A DNA stretch of 64,000 bases from sequence record NC_024124.2, one strand, 5' to 3'. This DNA comes from Escherichia phage vB_EcoM_JS09. This document shows positions 42,362 to 53,494 of the stretch, piece after piece. Numbering within the stretch: position 1 is the first letter of the stretch; every line of letters starts with the position of its first letter. The notes below the pieces were generated by a model. It searched no databases, was not told the DNA's origin, and saw only the letters and a program-made list of their open reading frames with translations. A program made the position numbers and the translations under genes.

Positions 42362-43851
42362 TTTTAGATATTTTAAACCAAATAGCTGCGATCGGTTCTA
42401 CTAAAACAAAACAAGAAATCCTTAAGAAAAATAAGGACAACAAATTACTTGAACGTGTGTATCGTTTAACATATGCACGTGGTATCCAGTATTATATTAA
42501 GAAATGGCCAGGACCAGGTGAAAGGTCTCAAGCGTATGGTCTTCTTGAATTAGATGACATGTTGGATTTTATTGAGTTCACATTAGCCACTCGTAAACTC
42601 ACTGGTAATGCTGCAATTAAAGAGCTCATGGGTTATATCGCTGACGGTAAACCTGATGATGTAGAAGTCCTTCGTCGTGTAATGATGCGCGACCTTGAAG
42701 TAGGTGCTTCAGTGTCTATCGCGAATAAGGTGTGGCCTGGACTTATTCAATTGCAACCACAGATGTTAGCATCTGCATATGACGAGAAATTGATTACTAA
42801 AAATATTAAATGGCCTGCATTTGCTCAATTAAAAGCCGATGGTGCTCGTTGTTTTGCTGAAGTTCGTGATGATGGTGTTCAATTCTTTTCTCGTGCTGGT
42901 AATGAATACCATGGTCTTACCCTATTAGCAGATGAACTAATGGAAATGACTAAAGAAGCTCGTGAAAGACACCCTAATGGGGTTTTAATCGACGGTGAAT
43001 TAGTTTATCATTCATTTGATATTAAAAAGGCTGTGAGCTCAGGAAATGACCTGTCGTTCTTATTTGGTGATAATGAAGAATCCGAAGAAGTACAAGTTGC
43101 AGACCGTAGCACTTCAAATGGTTTAGCAAATAAATCTCTTCAAGGGACTATTTCTCCTAAAGAAGCGGAAGGTATGGTTCTTCAAGCCTGGGACTATGTT
43201 CCTTTAGATGAAGTCTATTCTGATGGCAAAATTAAAGGTCAGAAATACGATGTTCGTTTTGCTGCTCTTGAAAATATGGCTGAAGGCTTTAAACGAATTG
43301 AGCCAATTGAAAATCAGTTAGTTCGTAATCTTGACGAAGCTAAAGTGGTTTATAAAAAATATGTTGACCAAGGTCTTGAAGGTATTATCCTTAAAAACCG
43401 TGATTCATATTGGGAAAACAAACGCTCTAAGAATCTAATTAAATTTAAAGAAGTTATTGATATCGCTTTAGAAGTTGTAGGATACTATGAACACTCTAAA
43501 GACCCTAACAAATTAGGTGGTGTCGAACTCGTATCACGTTGTCGTCGTATTACAACTGATTGTGGTTCAGGTTTTAAAGATACAACTCATAAAACAGTTG
43601 ATGGTGTAAAGGTTCTTATTCCTTTAGATGAGCGTCATGATTTAGACCGTGAACGATTAATGGCTGAAGCTCGTGAAGGTAAATTGATTGGACGTATTGC
43701 TGATTGTGAATGCAATGGTTGGGTTCATTCTAAAGGACGTGAAGGCACTGTAGGTATTTTCCTTCCAATTATTAAAGGGTTCCGTTTTGATAAAACAGAA
43801 GCGGATTCATTTGAAGACGTATTTGGACCGTGGTCCCAGACAGGTTTATAA
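42358..43851 (+). CDS. 30: ATP-dependent DNA ligase
   Basis: 497-aa ORF matching recalled T4 gp30 (487 aa); adenylation lysine motif KADGAR. Confidence 0.9.
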   Translation: MILDILNQIAAIGSTKTKQEILKKNKDNKLLERVYRLTYARGIQYYIKKWPGPGERSQAYGLLELDDMLDFIEFTLATRKLTGNAAIKELMGYIADGKPDDVEVLRRVMMRDLEVGASVSIANKVWPGLIQLQPQMLASAYDEKLITKNIKWPAFAQLKADGARCFAEVRDDGVQFFSRAGNEYHGLTLLADELMEMTKEARERHPNGVLIDGELVYHSFDIKKAVSSGNDLSFLFGDNEESEEVQVADRSTSNGLANKSLQGTISPKEAEGMVLQAWDYVPLDEVYSDGKIKGQKYDVRFAALENMAEGFKRIEPIENQLVRNLDEAKVVYKKYVDQGLEGIILKNRDSYWENKRSKNLIKFKEVIDIALEVVGYYEHSKDPNKLGGVELVSRCRRITTDCGSGFKDTTHKTVDGVKVLIPLDERHDLDRERLMAEAREGKLIGRIADCECNGWVHSKGREGTVGIFLPIIKGFRFDKTEADSFEDVFGPWSQTGL

Positions 43852-44039
43852 TGAAAGCTTATTTAGAAACAGTTATTGTAGCTAAGAAGGATGGTGGAGA
43901 TGTTTCCACCTCTTGCTCTCAGATTATATTAGATTTTCCTAATGAAAATTCGTATCGGGTTTTCGTAGATAATGTTAATGGGTACGAAAAAGGCCCTAAT
44001 TTTGAAGTTTATCGTACTTTGCTCCCGATTGTGGATTAA
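43851..44039 (+). CDS. hypothetical protein
   Basis: ATG overlapping the ligase stop (TAATG); 62 aa; terminator follows. Confidence 0.4.
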   Translation: MKAYLETVIVAKKDGGDVSTSCSQIILDFPNENSYRVFVDNVNGYEKGPNFEVYRTLLPIVD

Positions 44040-44058
44040 GAGCCTTCGGGCTCTTTTT
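44038..44058 (+). terminator. rho-independent terminator
   Basis: AAGAGCC-TTCG-GGCTCTT + TTT, overlapping the stop of the 43851 ORF. Confidence 0.7.
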
Positions 44059-44094
44059 GGCATAAATATAAATTATTACTAAAAGGAAAACACT

Positions 44095-46182
44095 ATGTCT
44101 GAACAATTAAATGAAGTGTTTGAATCTGAAGGCAGTCTTCCTGTCGTCAATTTGAACCCTAAAGCTAAAGTTCCACAAGTCTGGAAAATTGGTGATATCG
44201 ATACAAACATCGTAGTTCGCTTATTCTCTTATCTTTCTGAAGGCGATGCTGTAAAACAAGTTAAACTTGGCGACAAATATGCTCATGTTGTTATTATGAG
44301 TCTGTCTGAAAAGGGTAATCTCGCTGAATTGAAAAATGGCCTTGGTCCTGCTCCTATTGATGCAATCAACACCATTTTCAATACAGTGTATGAACAGGTT
44401 AAAGCTCTTCGTATGGATGCAGTTCTGTTCCGATTCCCTACCAAGAAATTGAAAGGACGTGGACAACAGCTTCAAACTCTTCTTGCTCGTTTAGTTTCTA
44501 CTAAAACCGGTGGTCGTTTTAAAGTATTGTCGGCAATGTATCAATTCACAGGTAAACACACCTATGTGATGATGGTTCGTAAAAATGCCAACATTGAAGA
44601 TATTAAAGGCATCCCTAACATTAACACAGAGTTGTACACGAAAGTAGATTCTGATGTTGGCGAAGTTTATGTGAGTAAAAAGACTGGCGAAAAGGTCACC
44701 AAAGAAACGGCTATCGCTGGTTCTATTGCTGCTGTAGAAGAAAAACGTAAAGATAAGCCTGTTATTGCTCGTACTAAAATTTCTCGTCGTGCTATTGCAG
44801 CAAGTCAATCTTTAGAAGCTGACCGCCAAGAAGGTGAGTTATTCCAGAAATACGAAAATTCTGCTAAAGAAGTTAGTGGCCCAGCTACGGCCGAATTACT
44901 TCCCGAAGCATATGAAATCGTACTAGCCCAAGCATCGTCCACAGCAAAAGGCACTTTAGTTGCTGATATCGAAAATAAGATTTATAATCGTATTGATGAA
45001 TCCTTTAGATTTGCTGATGAAGTTTCTTATGGTAGTGTTATTAAGCCAACTTTAGAAAAGTTTGCTAAGAAAATTAAAACCGAAAAAACAACATCTGTTA
45101 AAGCATTAGCTGCTTTTGTTGAAGCTGCAAATGAAATTGCAGACTCTATTAAAGACGAATGGTTTGAAGATTTTAGACGAGATAATTTCCAACTGACAGA
45201 CGACGTTTTAGCTGAAGTATCTGAAAAAACTTGGAAACAACGTAAATCAGCGTTCTTGTCTAATGTGATGTATACTTATGCACGAGAATCGGCCAGAGGC
45301 ACCTTTAATATAACAATGAATCGGGACCCTAAACAATACTCTGTTGCTGAAAAACGAGCTATTCGTGAATATGCCTCTTCTGCGTATACCGATATCAATA
45401 ATATGTTGTTAGGTCGTTATAAACCGGATTTTTACGATGTTGCAGATGAAGATGAAGTTAAACGCGCTATTGATGGTCTTGATTCGGCGTTTTTAAATGG
45501 AGACCGTTTACCTGAAGGACTAACGTTATATAGAGCTCAGTCTATCAGAATGCCTATTTACGAAGCAATGGTTAAAAATAAGGTATTCTACTTCAGAAAC
45601 TATGTTTCCACTTCACTAGCTCCTATTATTTTCGGTGGGTTTAAAGAGAACGTTGCCCTTGGACTTGCTCCTGAAGAAGTTCGCAAAGAGCTTAACATTG
45701 ATAATAATGACGAAGGTGTTACTATTTCTCCTAGTCAAGTAAGAACAGCTATGCATGCACCAGAACAAATCCGTGTTAACGTTGGATGGGCTATTGATGG
45801 CGCCCATAAAGTTAACGTGATTTATCCAGGACAGTTGAGTAATCACCCTAATGAGCAAGAAATTATTTTGCCTAGAGGCATTCTCTTGCAGATAAATAAA
45901 ATTACAGATGCGTCATCTGATACTGGTGCAGGTTTAGAATCCAACCTTAAATTTATTCAAGCTGAAGTCATGTCCTCAGACCAGTTAGATGAAGCTGTCA
46001 TTTATGATGGTGATGTTCTCATGGAAACAGGCGAGGTAGTTGCTATGACAGGTGAAATCGAATCAGATGAGCCGGTATCTTTTGCCTCATTTGTAGAAAA
46101 AACTAGTGCACCTAAAGGTTTGAAATTGTTAGCATCTTTAATGGATTTAGAATCAGTTCCGTTTAAATTTGTCCAAGGATAG
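44095..46182 (+). CDS. alt: Alt-like ADP-ribosyltransferase (packaged internal head protein)
   Basis: 695-aa ORF (T4 Alt 682 aa) between gene 30 and gene 54 as in T4; C-terminal R-S-E ART signature: LYRAQS, YVSTSLAP, EQEIILPRG. Confidence 0.7.
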   Translation: MSEQLNEVFESEGSLPVVNLNPKAKVPQVWKIGDIDTNIVVRLFSYLSEGDAVKQVKLGDKYAHVVIMSLSEKGNLAELKNGLGPAPIDAINTIFNTVYEQVKALRMDAVLFRFPTKKLKGRGQQLQTLLARLVSTKTGGRFKVLSAMYQFTGKHTYVMMVRKNANIEDIKGIPNINTELYTKVDSDVGEVYVSKKTGEKVTKETAIAGSIAAVEEKRKDKPVIARTKISRRAIAASQSLEADRQEGELFQKYENSAKEVSGPATAELLPEAYEIVLAQASSTAKGTLVADIENKIYNRIDESFRFADEVSYGSVIKPTLEKFAKKIKTEKTTSVKALAAFVEAANEIADSIKDEWFEDFRRDNFQLTDDVLAEVSEKTWKQRKSAFLSNVMYTYARESARGTFNITMNRDPKQYSVAEKRAIREYASSAYTDINNMLLGRYKPDFYDVADEDEVKRAIDGLDSAFLNGDRLPEGLTLYRAQSIRMPIYEAMVKNKVFYFRNYVSTSLAPIIFGGFKENVALGLAPEEVRKELNIDNNDEGVTISPSQVRTAMHAPEQIRVNVGWAIDGAHKVNVIYPGQLSNHPNEQEIILPRGILLQINKITDASSDTGAGLESNLKFIQAEVMSSDQLDEAVIYDGDVLMETGEVVAMTGEIESDEPVSFASFVEKTSAPKGLKLLASLMDLESVPFKFVQG

Positions 46183-46211
46183 TTTACAAACACATGGATG
46201 TGTGATACTAT
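46183..46211 (+). promoter_or_regulatory. early promoter with short dyad around -10
   Basis: TTTACA-N17-TACTAT with TG; GGATG (46196..46200) / CATCC (46212..46216). Confidence 0.5.
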
Positions 46212-46240
46212 CATCCCATCAACAACATGAGGAAAACGTT

Positions 46241-46534
46241 ATGAAATCTATGCTTCGCTTTAATGGTCAAGAACTAGTAGTTGAAGATGCTATCCCAGCG
46301 GATGATGTTTTTAACGAAGCTGTGATTGATGAATTGAATCGAGTATTCCCAGGTGCATTCCATATTGCTATGGAACCTCTTAAAAACTTTCGTGACCCTG
46401 AGCACACTGATCAAATTTTTGTCGGTGTAGTGACAGGTCATTTAGAAACAGAGGTACCAATGGTCGTATTAGTTAAATACTCTAAAGATGATACTCCATT
46501 CCGAGCACCAGCATTCCTTTCATTCCGTAAATAA
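46241..46534 (+). CDS. hypothetical protein
   Basis: ATG at 46241 with GAGGA SD downstream of early promoter 46183..46211. Confidence 0.45.
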   Translation: MKSMLRFNGQELVVEDAIPADDVFNEAVIDELNRVFPGAFHIAMEPLKNFRDPEHTDQIFVGVVTGHLETEVPMVVLVKYSKDDTPFRAPAFLSFRK

Positions 46535-46543
46535 ACCCCTAAA

Positions 46544-46565
46544 GGGAGACAACGTCTCCCTTTTT
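46544..46565. terminator. bidirectional terminator between the 46241 ORF (+) and gene 54 (-)
   Basis: AAAGGGAGAC-AAC-GTCTCCCTTTTT, symmetric A/T flanks. Confidence 0.7.
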
Positions 46566-46566
46566 C

Positions 46567-47529
46567 TTATAGTCCTAAAACTCTTGACGCAGAATTCACC
46601 ACACCTGTCAATGTGTTTATATTAGACACACCACCAGCAGTCCCACCTAATCTAGAAAGTCTTGATACTGCACTTCCTAGTCCAGAATCATTCTGATTAT
46701 TTCCAAACATTCCTGAAACACTACTAATAAGTCCTGATTCCAGCCATTCTAAAGCAGCCTGTCTATTTACAGCACCTGATTGCATAACGCGATAAGCAAA
46801 TGTTACATCAAAAACTGTTATCTGATTATCACCATCATACGTTAACTCAGGAGAAGAGACACTAACAGGAATACATCCTGTGAACATGACAGCGGTATGT
46901 GGTAAACCATTTCGTGCGTGTAAATTAACCTGAATATCTGCTTCGACGTCTTGTGGTAAAGCACGAAGACCTGTTACAGGGTCTTGGACTGAGTTTACCC
47001 AGTCTTGCATTGCTCTAAAGTTAGATGCTTCGGAATCCATTCTAAAGCTTATTACTAACGGGTCCATTTCACGACCGGTAATTCGGATGTTCGGGGAGTT
47101 ATAGTTGAAATCCGTTTCATAGGATAATCGGTTCTCAGGCATTTTTACAGAATAAATCATTAAACCTGTATTATTATATGCCATATTGAAGAAGTCTATC
47201 AGATAAGTTCCTACTGTGAACTCACCTAACAAGCTTTGTACCGTACGTTGACTCATTGCTCCAATCAGATATTTACTTGCACCCGATTTTCGAATTAATT
47301 TCTGTGTTCCTGCTGTAATCAGGGTTGTTACGCCCTGATTGATATCACCTTGAGACAATCCTAGCCAATCTGAATCCAACCCTAAGTTATTATAAGCAAA
47401 ACTACCAATTGACGAAATTAGTGAAGATGATTTGGTCGATGGGGTAGTAGCAAATACACAACTAAACATATTGTTTCGTTGGAAATCCGCATTTATAGCG
47501 TGGTTATTAAATTCTTCTAAAGAGTACAT
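46567..47529 (-). CDS. 54: gp54 baseplate tail-tube initiator
   Basis: 320-aa ORF (T4 gp54 320 aa); synteny 54-48-29. Confidence 0.8.
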   Translation of the reverse strand: MYSLEEFNNHAINADFQRNNMFSCVFATTPSTKSSSLISSIGSFAYNNLGLDSDWLGLSQGDINQGVTTLITAGTQKLIRKSGASKYLIGAMSQRTVQSLLGEFTVGTYLIDFFNMAYNNTGLMIYSVKMPENRLSYETDFNYNSPNIRITGREMDPLVISFRMDSEASNFRAMQDWVNSVQDPVTGLRALPQDVEADIQVNLHARNGLPHTAVMFTGCIPVSVSSPELTYDGDNQITVFDVTFAYRVMQSGAVNRQAALEWLESGLISSVSGMFGNNQNDSGLGSAVSRLSRLGGTAGGVSNINTLTGVVNSASRVLGL

Positions 47530-48638
47530 TAGAAAGTCCCCGCATAAAGTGAAGAACGGTTTAATGTAATAATTTCTCGCATTGTTATCTCTAACGTAAA
47601 TGTTGATGGTAAGTTAGGAGCAACAGCGAGACCATTAAATTGTCCATTTGGAGTTTTATCAAAACGTACGCTTTGAATTTGACATGGGCCAAATACGTCA
47701 GTTAATCCGTCAAATTTAGATGTATAACCAAAGTTTTTAACCATCCAAATTGTAGGGTTGCTTACAACTAATACATTTGTTAATGACGCAGTAATCTTTT
47801 CAAACAATGTCTTATTTTTTACTGCATCATCTGGCGTCATAGGCTCAATAAACGTTGAACGGTACCATTCGTCTAAATAACTTTTAATCTCTTGAGCGTA
47901 CTGTGATTTACCGGTCTCACCATATGAGAAATAGTTAAAATACTGGTAAATGTTTATAATAGCCATAAGGTCTTCAGTTGAACGTGGAGTTAAATCCCAT
48001 GTAAAGACTTTAGTACGGTTCTCAGCACCGCCATACATACTACGAGAAGTCGTATAAATCTGTTCGTTATTATCAGCCATAAGCCCTTGAGTAATAGAAT
48101 CTAATGCACCAAAAACTGCAGTAGAAGCAATGTTACTTAAAACACCCGTAGCAGTACCTCCACCTTTAGTAATAAGGCTATCACCGACATCATTAAAACG
48201 ATGCGAAGTTGTATCAACGTCGGATTTGGAACGTGGCAAAAGTATATTAGCAACAGGAGTTTTGTTTATAGTAGACTTATTAGCTCCGGCAGGAAGCAAT
48301 CCATTTGAGAATTTAGTCACTGCATCTTTCACATTATCAGTTAAATCTGATATGATACCATTAGATGAAGTCCCGGCATACGCCGGACGTAAATTCCTGA
48401 GGGATCCTGAATCGCGTGCAGACATATTGTACGCGGTAAATAATAATCCATTCTTATAAAGGTCTGTTACCTGGAAGTCTCCTGTGGAGTCATTTCCGGC
48501 TGCTCTTCCTGTAGGAAATTGAGCAACATAAGTTTTAGTAGTTGTTTCTGTTTTAGTGCTTTGCCCGGCACTTTCTGAGACTGGGATTGCTTTATTTAAA
48601 TCCTTTGCATCTACTACTATTTCTTTTACACTAATCAT
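47529..48638 (-). CDS. 48: gp48 baseplate tail-tube cap
   Basis: 369-aa ORF (T4 gp48 364 aa). Confidence 0.8.
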   Translation of the reverse strand: MISVKEIVVDAKDLNKAIPVSESAGQSTKTETTTKTYVAQFPTGRAAGNDSTGDFQVTDLYKNGLLFTAYNMSARDSGSLRNLRPAYAGTSSNGIISDLTDNVKDAVTKFSNGLLPAGANKSTINKTPVANILLPRSKSDVDTTSHRFNDVGDSLITKGGGTATGVLSNIASTAVFGALDSITQGLMADNNEQIYTTSRSMYGGAENRTKVFTWDLTPRSTEDLMAIINIYQYFNYFSYGETGKSQYAQEIKSYLDEWYRSTFIEPMTPDDAVKNKTLFEKITASLTNVLVVSNPTIWMVKNFGYTSKFDGLTDVFGPCQIQSVRFDKTPNGQFNGLAVAPNLPSTFTLEITMREIITLNRSSLYAGTF

Positions 48639-48646
48639 AATAATCC

Positions 48647-50419
48647 TTAATTAACACCGGTGGCATGGAAAATTCCAGGAGCCGTTGTACTTGTTACAGG
48701 GGTCATATTCTGGACTACGGTATTCTTTTTGACGACATTATTTGTGTTACTAATCGCCGCTACCGGTTGCTGTTGTTTAGATTCAGAAGCACGTCCTTTC
48801 TCTATTGACTGAACTTGTTTTGCTTCTGGAGATTTAGACGAAGATTCAGGCTTAACTGTTGTCTGAGCCTTTTTGGCTTCAGCCATTTTATTATTTAGCT
48901 TTTCAAATCTAGCATCTAATTCCTTTTTAACAACAGGAGTTTTATTAAGTTCAGGGTCTTTAATAAGTTTACTTAAATCAGCATAAGACTTCTCGACGTT
49001 TTTAGCATTTTCTGGATTAGTCATATCGATTTTATCGATATAATCCTCAAATCTAACTAGTGCCGCACGAGTTTCATTAGCTTTTATATACGCCTCTTTA
49101 CGCTCCTCTTCAGGTAACTCTTTTAATTTTGCTGATTCCGCAGCACGCTCATCGCTTGTACTAAACTCTTCTTTATTGTCATTACCACGAACCCAGTTAG
49201 TAACGAATGTTTTGCCGCGTTGTAACATATCAAGACCTTTAGAAACGGTTCCTAATTCCCCATCGTCACGCTTCATTTGATATTTAGCGACTTTCTCTTG
49301 GTCTTCTTTCTTTAATGTGTTCCCAGTAGTTTCTTGGAATCCTTCCAAAGCACGTCCTTCTATTTCGTCCGCGGTATCACCAAAACCTATAGCACGCAAT
49401 ATAGACGCAGAGAGTTTAGCCATTCCTAATTGAATTAGTTCACCTAAGTTCATTAATGCTGTTCCTACACCTTTGACAATAGCAACGGTTAAACCACCCC
49501 AGTCTCCAGCTTCCCACAATTGTTTTATAGAGTCAATAGAAGTGAATATATCACTTAAGAATTTACCCCACTCTTTAGCTTCATCAGAGAATTTAGTAAA
49601 GTTTTCATCAAATAAATCCCAGGCAGAAGTGAACTTGTCTGTCCAATATTTGAAATGGACTATCAATAAATCAATACCGATAACAATACCAAGAATAAGT
49701 GCGGCCAATTTTGCTGCTTCAATAGCAGCCGTTATAGTGTATTTGAAAAGCATTCCAGCAATTCTGTCTGAAATTGATATTGATTTATTAAACCCGGTTT
49801 GAACTGTTTTGGTGAGCATTGCAATTTTATCGCTCAATTTAAAGCTAATTCCGCCTTTAGAATCGGAAGTAGAATTAGCACTTTCTTGAACCGGGGCTGG
49901 GAAGAAATCTTCGTCTGGCTTATTATCAATCTTTTCAGGTGTAGGGAATGCTTTAAACAACTCATCAGAAGTTTCATTCTCAACCACTTTAACAGGTATC
50001 GCGTTCTCAATTACTTCAAGAGAGGTGCCTCCTGTATTTTGAATAGCGGTAGATGTTTGTAATTTTTGCTCTAATAATGTAGCTAATCGGTCTAACTTAG
50101 AGCTTATTGCACTAGAAACTTCGTTTATACTTTTAGTGACTTCAGTTTGTTTTTCAATAACTTCTGCGATAAGCTCTGTGCCTTCAGCAGTATTATCTGT
50201 CGAATTCTTTAAGTCTCCAATTGATTCAATAATTCCATTGCCTTTATCTTCTACACTTTGTGATGTGAGTTCAGACGCGGCTTGGACATCGTCTAGTTTT
50301 GATGAAATATCATTCAATGCTTCTAATGAATCAGTAGCTGCTGTTGCAGCTACTTTTTGTGGTTTATTATCGGCAATGACCTTATTTCTACGCATGGATT
50401 TCATTTCTTCAGGTTTCAT
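48647..50419 (-). CDS. 29: gp29 tail tape measure / baseplate hub protein
   Basis: 590-aa ORF (T4 gp29 590 aa). Confidence 0.8.
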   Translation of the reverse strand: MKPEEMKSMRRNKVIADNKPQKVAATAATDSLEALNDISSKLDDVQAASELTSQSVEDKGNGIIESIGDLKNSTDNTAEGTELIAEVIEKQTEVTKSINEVSSAISSKLDRLATLLEQKLQTSTAIQNTGGTSLEVIENAIPVKVVENETSDELFKAFPTPEKIDNKPDEDFFPAPVQESANSTSDSKGGISFKLSDKIAMLTKTVQTGFNKSISISDRIAGMLFKYTITAAIEAAKLAALILGIVIGIDLLIVHFKYWTDKFTSAWDLFDENFTKFSDEAKEWGKFLSDIFTSIDSIKQLWEAGDWGGLTVAIVKGVGTALMNLGELIQLGMAKLSASILRAIGFGDTADEIEGRALEGFQETTGNTLKKEDQEKVAKYQMKRDDGELGTVSKGLDMLQRGKTFVTNWVRGNDNKEEFSTSDERAAESAKLKELPEEERKEAYIKANETRAALVRFEDYIDKIDMTNPENAKNVEKSYADLSKLIKDPELNKTPVVKKELDARFEKLNNKMAEAKKAQTTVKPESSSKSPEAKQVQSIEKGRASESKQQQPVAAISNTNNVVKKNTVVQNMTPVTSTTAPGIFHATGVN

Positions 50420-50949
50420 TCAAGCAATCCAATAATTTCTGCTATACCCTTAATAGGGCCATTAGGGCCTGGAATAGCAATAGTTGTCGAAAGGTCTTCT
50501 GCCCATTTGATTACAAAAGCAGGCATCTCAAGGAAAGAAATTTCTTTCTCTTCGTCATTAACTTTTATTAAGCAATTTGATAGCATTTCACTGATTGTAG
50601 CGAATTGTTCAAATTTGCCTGGGGGTCTAAAATAAAAAGTATTACCTTGAAATTGGAATTCTGTTCGTTGGCATACATAGACGTCATCTAGTTTATAAGT
50701 GAATCCATCTTTTTCAACTTCAGACTTAAGTTTGTTATTAAATTCCAATATGTGTAGACATGCAAAATCAAAATCTGCGGGACTCATATTTTTACAAATA
50801 GAATCAGCTAAGATTTTCATGTTTTCGTCAGGACCTTTAACGTCCTTTAAAAGATTATAATGTTTGAGCCCTAATTTGGGAATCATTACCTTTTTATTAG
50901 ACTGTGGTAGAATTATTTTCTTTAGAGGTAGAATCAGATTTAAGTTCAT
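50416..50949 (-). CDS. 28: gp28 baseplate hub distal subunit
   Basis: 177-aa ORF (T4 gp28 177 aa); ATGA overlap with gene 29. Confidence 0.75.
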   Translation of the reverse strand: MNLNLILPLKKIILPQSNKKVMIPKLGLKHYNLLKDVKGPDENMKILADSICKNMSPADFDFACLHILEFNNKLKSEVEKDGFTYKLDDVYVCQRTEFQFQGNTFYFRPPGKFEQFATISEMLSNCLIKVNDEEKEISFLEMPAFVIKWAEDLSTTIAIPGPNGPIKGIAEIIGLLE

Positions 50950-52069
50950 TTTTAACCTTAACTGGGTTAACAGGTTCTAACACCATTGAGTTGGTAAACA
51001 TGTACAGATGAGTTTGTGAGTTGTTATTTGATAACTCATGAATAACTTCATCCACGTAAAATTCGGATTTGAATTGGTTCTTTTGGTCGACAAATATAAT
51101 TTTAGTAGCAGGCGTTATGTTAAAATTACCTGTAGTAGTGCATTTAGCATATCCGTCATATTGAGCCATTGTCTGAAGACGACTTGCTTCTTCAAATCCA
51201 TTACGATAGGTCATTTCGGAATATCCACCTGATCTTGACACAAGAATAGCATTATCACCATCACCTGTAACAATAACCGGAATAGATGTATCTAAAAATG
51301 AATGAGCGAATATCGTGGCGTTTTTAATAGGGTCTCTTGTAAATTGGTTAGCTTTAGTCATCCAGGTGAAATCCCATACTAATGGATACTCAAGCTCTTG
51401 AATATACTGACCTACAGTATTTGGCTCGCCTACAATCATCTTAATGCCTTCCTGACCAATAAGAGTATCATAGTCAATCATGTTTACGCCTAAAATATCT
51501 TGCCATACGAATACGAACTTATCACTCGCTGTAGCAAGTCCTAATTCTCTGACATATGCCAAATAATCATCAAATGTGCTTGTCCAAGGAATATCAGGAA
51601 CATAAGCATTAATAGTGTTTATTGGCGGAGTAATTAACGTACGGTCTTTATATATGACACCTAACATTTCACGTATAGATTCTCCTGCGTCTGAGAAGAA
51701 TGGTCGCCCGAATTTAAGGTTCTCTATAGAATGTATTGTTCCAAGCTCAATTGCAATAATATTGTCACCTTTTGAGTCCACAGACACAGAATAATGTCTA
51801 CATCCATAAATTCGAGTTCTAACTTGGAGAGGTGTGTTTGAATTTGAAACAGAGATTTGGACTATCTGTCTACCATCCATTTTAGTGTGGATGTTTTTAG
51901 TGTCATAAAATTGAAGAATCCCTTCATTTCTTCCATATAGCGAATCTCGCATGGTTAAAGTTGTTATTGTTGCTGCGAGTTCAACATATCTATTTTCTTG
52001 CCAAGCCGAATAATCTTGATATAATTTAACGCTTAAGTTAGGATATCCTGGACGTTGGAATACTGTCAT
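50897..52069 (-). CDS. 27: gp27 baseplate hub subunit
   Basis: 390-aa ORF (T4 gp27 391 aa). Confidence 0.8.
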   Translation of the reverse strand: MTVFQRPGYPNLSVKLYQDYSAWQENRYVELAATITTLTMRDSLYGRNEGILQFYDTKNIHTKMDGRQIVQISVSNSNTPLQVRTRIYGCRHYSVSVDSKGDNIIAIELGTIHSIENLKFGRPFFSDAGESIREMLGVIYKDRTLITPPINTINAYVPDIPWTSTFDDYLAYVRELGLATASDKFVFVWQDILGVNMIDYDTLIGQEGIKMIVGEPNTVGQYIQELEYPLVWDFTWMTKANQFTRDPIKNATIFAHSFLDTSIPVIVTGDGDNAILVSRSGGYSEMTYRNGFEEASRLQTMAQYDGYAKCTTTGNFNITPATKIIFVDQKNQFKSEFYVDEVIHELSNNNSQTHLYMFTNSMVLEPVNPVKVKNELKSDSTSKENNSTTV

Positions 52070-52818
52070 TTTTTATGGTCCTTTTCTACTAATGTTAAAG
52101 CAATACCACGTTCAACAGGAATCATTTGCATAATAGAATCCAATGTGTATTGACTCTTTACTAGTGAATGGTTTATCTGATAGAATGTAAAAATCTCATC
52201 AGGGTTAACTAACAATTTAAAAACCTCTAAGATATCAGTATATGTTTTAACATGACGTTCACAACAACCTAATCTAAGGGTCAAATTAATAGGGTTCATA
52301 GAAGCAATAACCTTCTCGAGCGAGTCAATGTCTATTGCTTCTATTACTTGGATTTGGTTCTCTTCAGTCAAATCATTCCATGGGTACCATTCATCATTAT
52401 AATATATTTCTTTTATGTTTTCACTTATCATTAATGCTTTATTGTCATAAAACTTTTCAGGGAAAGAAAAACGTATTTTTATACCAGCAACATCAAGTTC
52501 AGGTTCGACTAGTTCTTTTTGATATATCTCAAATGGTGCAGTTTTTTCTTTAGAGCATTTAGGGCAAGTGAAAATAACGGGAACTTTTGTTTTGCCTATA
52601 GAGCCTGCAAAAACTTGCAGGAATATAAATGGTTGCCATGTTTTAGGGTACTCGCCAAAATAATCATCAATCAGATCGGCAATTATTTCTTTTTGTTCTT
52701 GCGGCGAACGATGTTCGATATCATTTCTAACTAGTAAAAAGTCTCTATAATCCGCCACAGTGAACGGCTTAAAACGATGAACACCATCCGGTAATTTACA
52801 ACGAATTATATTAGCCAT
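52066..52818 (-). CDS. 51: gp51 baseplate hub assembly catalyst
   Basis: 250-aa ORF (T4 gp51 249 aa); divergent from gene 26. Confidence 0.8.
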   Translation of the reverse strand: MANIIRCKLPDGVHRFKPFTVADYRDFLLVRNDIEHRSPQEQKEIIADLIDDYFGEYPKTWQPFIFLQVFAGSIGKTKVPVIFTCPKCSKEKTAPFEIYQKELVEPELDVAGIKIRFSFPEKFYDNKALMISENIKEIYYNDEWYPWNDLTEENQIQVIEAIDIDSLEKVIASMNPINLTLRLGCCERHVKTYTDILEVFKLLVNPDEIFTFYQINHSLVKSQYTLDSIMQMIPVERGIALTLVEKDHKK

Positions 52819-52835
52819 AATTACTCCTTTTCTAT

Positions 52836-52843
52836 TATTTATA
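52836..52843 (-). promoter_or_regulatory. late promoter TATAAATA (gene 51)
   Basis: Plus strand TATTTATA; overlaps the divergent gene 26 promoter. Confidence 0.5.
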
Positions 52844-52847
52844 AATA
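52840..52847 (+). promoter_or_regulatory. late promoter TATAAATA (gene 26)
   Basis: Exact TATAAATA 19 nt upstream of the gene 26 start. Confidence 0.55.
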
Positions 52848-52865
52848 CACAATAAAGGAGTTAAC

Positions 52866-53492
52866 ATGTACAAATATACGTTTACCGTACGTTTAGGCGA
52901 TAAAGAAGTGAATTGTAGAGCCTTTACTTTAAAAGAATATTTAGGACTCATTGGTGCGCGGGCTACCGGTACTATTGAATCAGCAGTGAACAATATTATC
53001 ACTAATTGCTCTAACGCTAAAAACTTGACTAAACAAGAAGCCGAGTTATTGTTGGTAAATCTGTGGGCACATTCGTTAGGTGAAGTGAATCAAGAACACA
53101 CCTGGAATTGTTCCTGTGGGCATTCATTTCAAGTCTATATGAATTTATTGCACACTCAATTAGATGAACAGGCCGATCCCTGGTATTCGTTCAGTGGTAT
53201 TAAAATTAAGTTCCGTCAACCTAAATTATTTGACGATAAAAATATCGCATTAATGATTGCTTCATGTATTGAGGCCGTTTTTGTCAATGGAGAGTCCATC
53301 CCTGTTGAAGATTTAACTGAAGCAGAAATAAATGACCTTTACGGCCTTATAACAGAAGATGACATGATCAATATTAAAAATCTTTTAGTAACGCCATCAA
53401 TTTATCTGGCAACCCCTATTAAATGTCCCAAATGTGGGGCTGCACACGTTCACACAATACGAGGCCTCAAAGAATTCTTTGAGTTACTATAA
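52866..53492 (+). CDS. 26: gp26 baseplate hub subunit
   Basis: 208-aa ORF (T4 gp26 208 aa). Confidence 0.8.
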   Translation: MYKYTFTVRLGDKEVNCRAFTLKEYLGLIGARATGTIESAVNNIITNCSNAKNLTKQEAELLLVNLWAHSLGEVNQEHTWNCSCGHSFQVYMNLLHTQLDEQADPWYSFSGIKIKFRQPKLFDDKNIALMIASCIEAVFVNGESIPVEDLTEAEINDLYGLITEDDMINIKNLLVTPSIYLATPIKCPKCGAAHVHTIRGLKEFFELL

Positions 53493-53494
53493 TG
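53461..53494 (+). promoter_or_regulatory. gene 25 structured split-SD translation initiation region
   Basis: GAGG (53461..53464) is 27 nt from the ATG at 53492; intervening palindrome CTCAAAG-AATT-CTTTGAG (53466..53483) can loop out the spacer, as described for T4 gene 25. Confidence 0.55.
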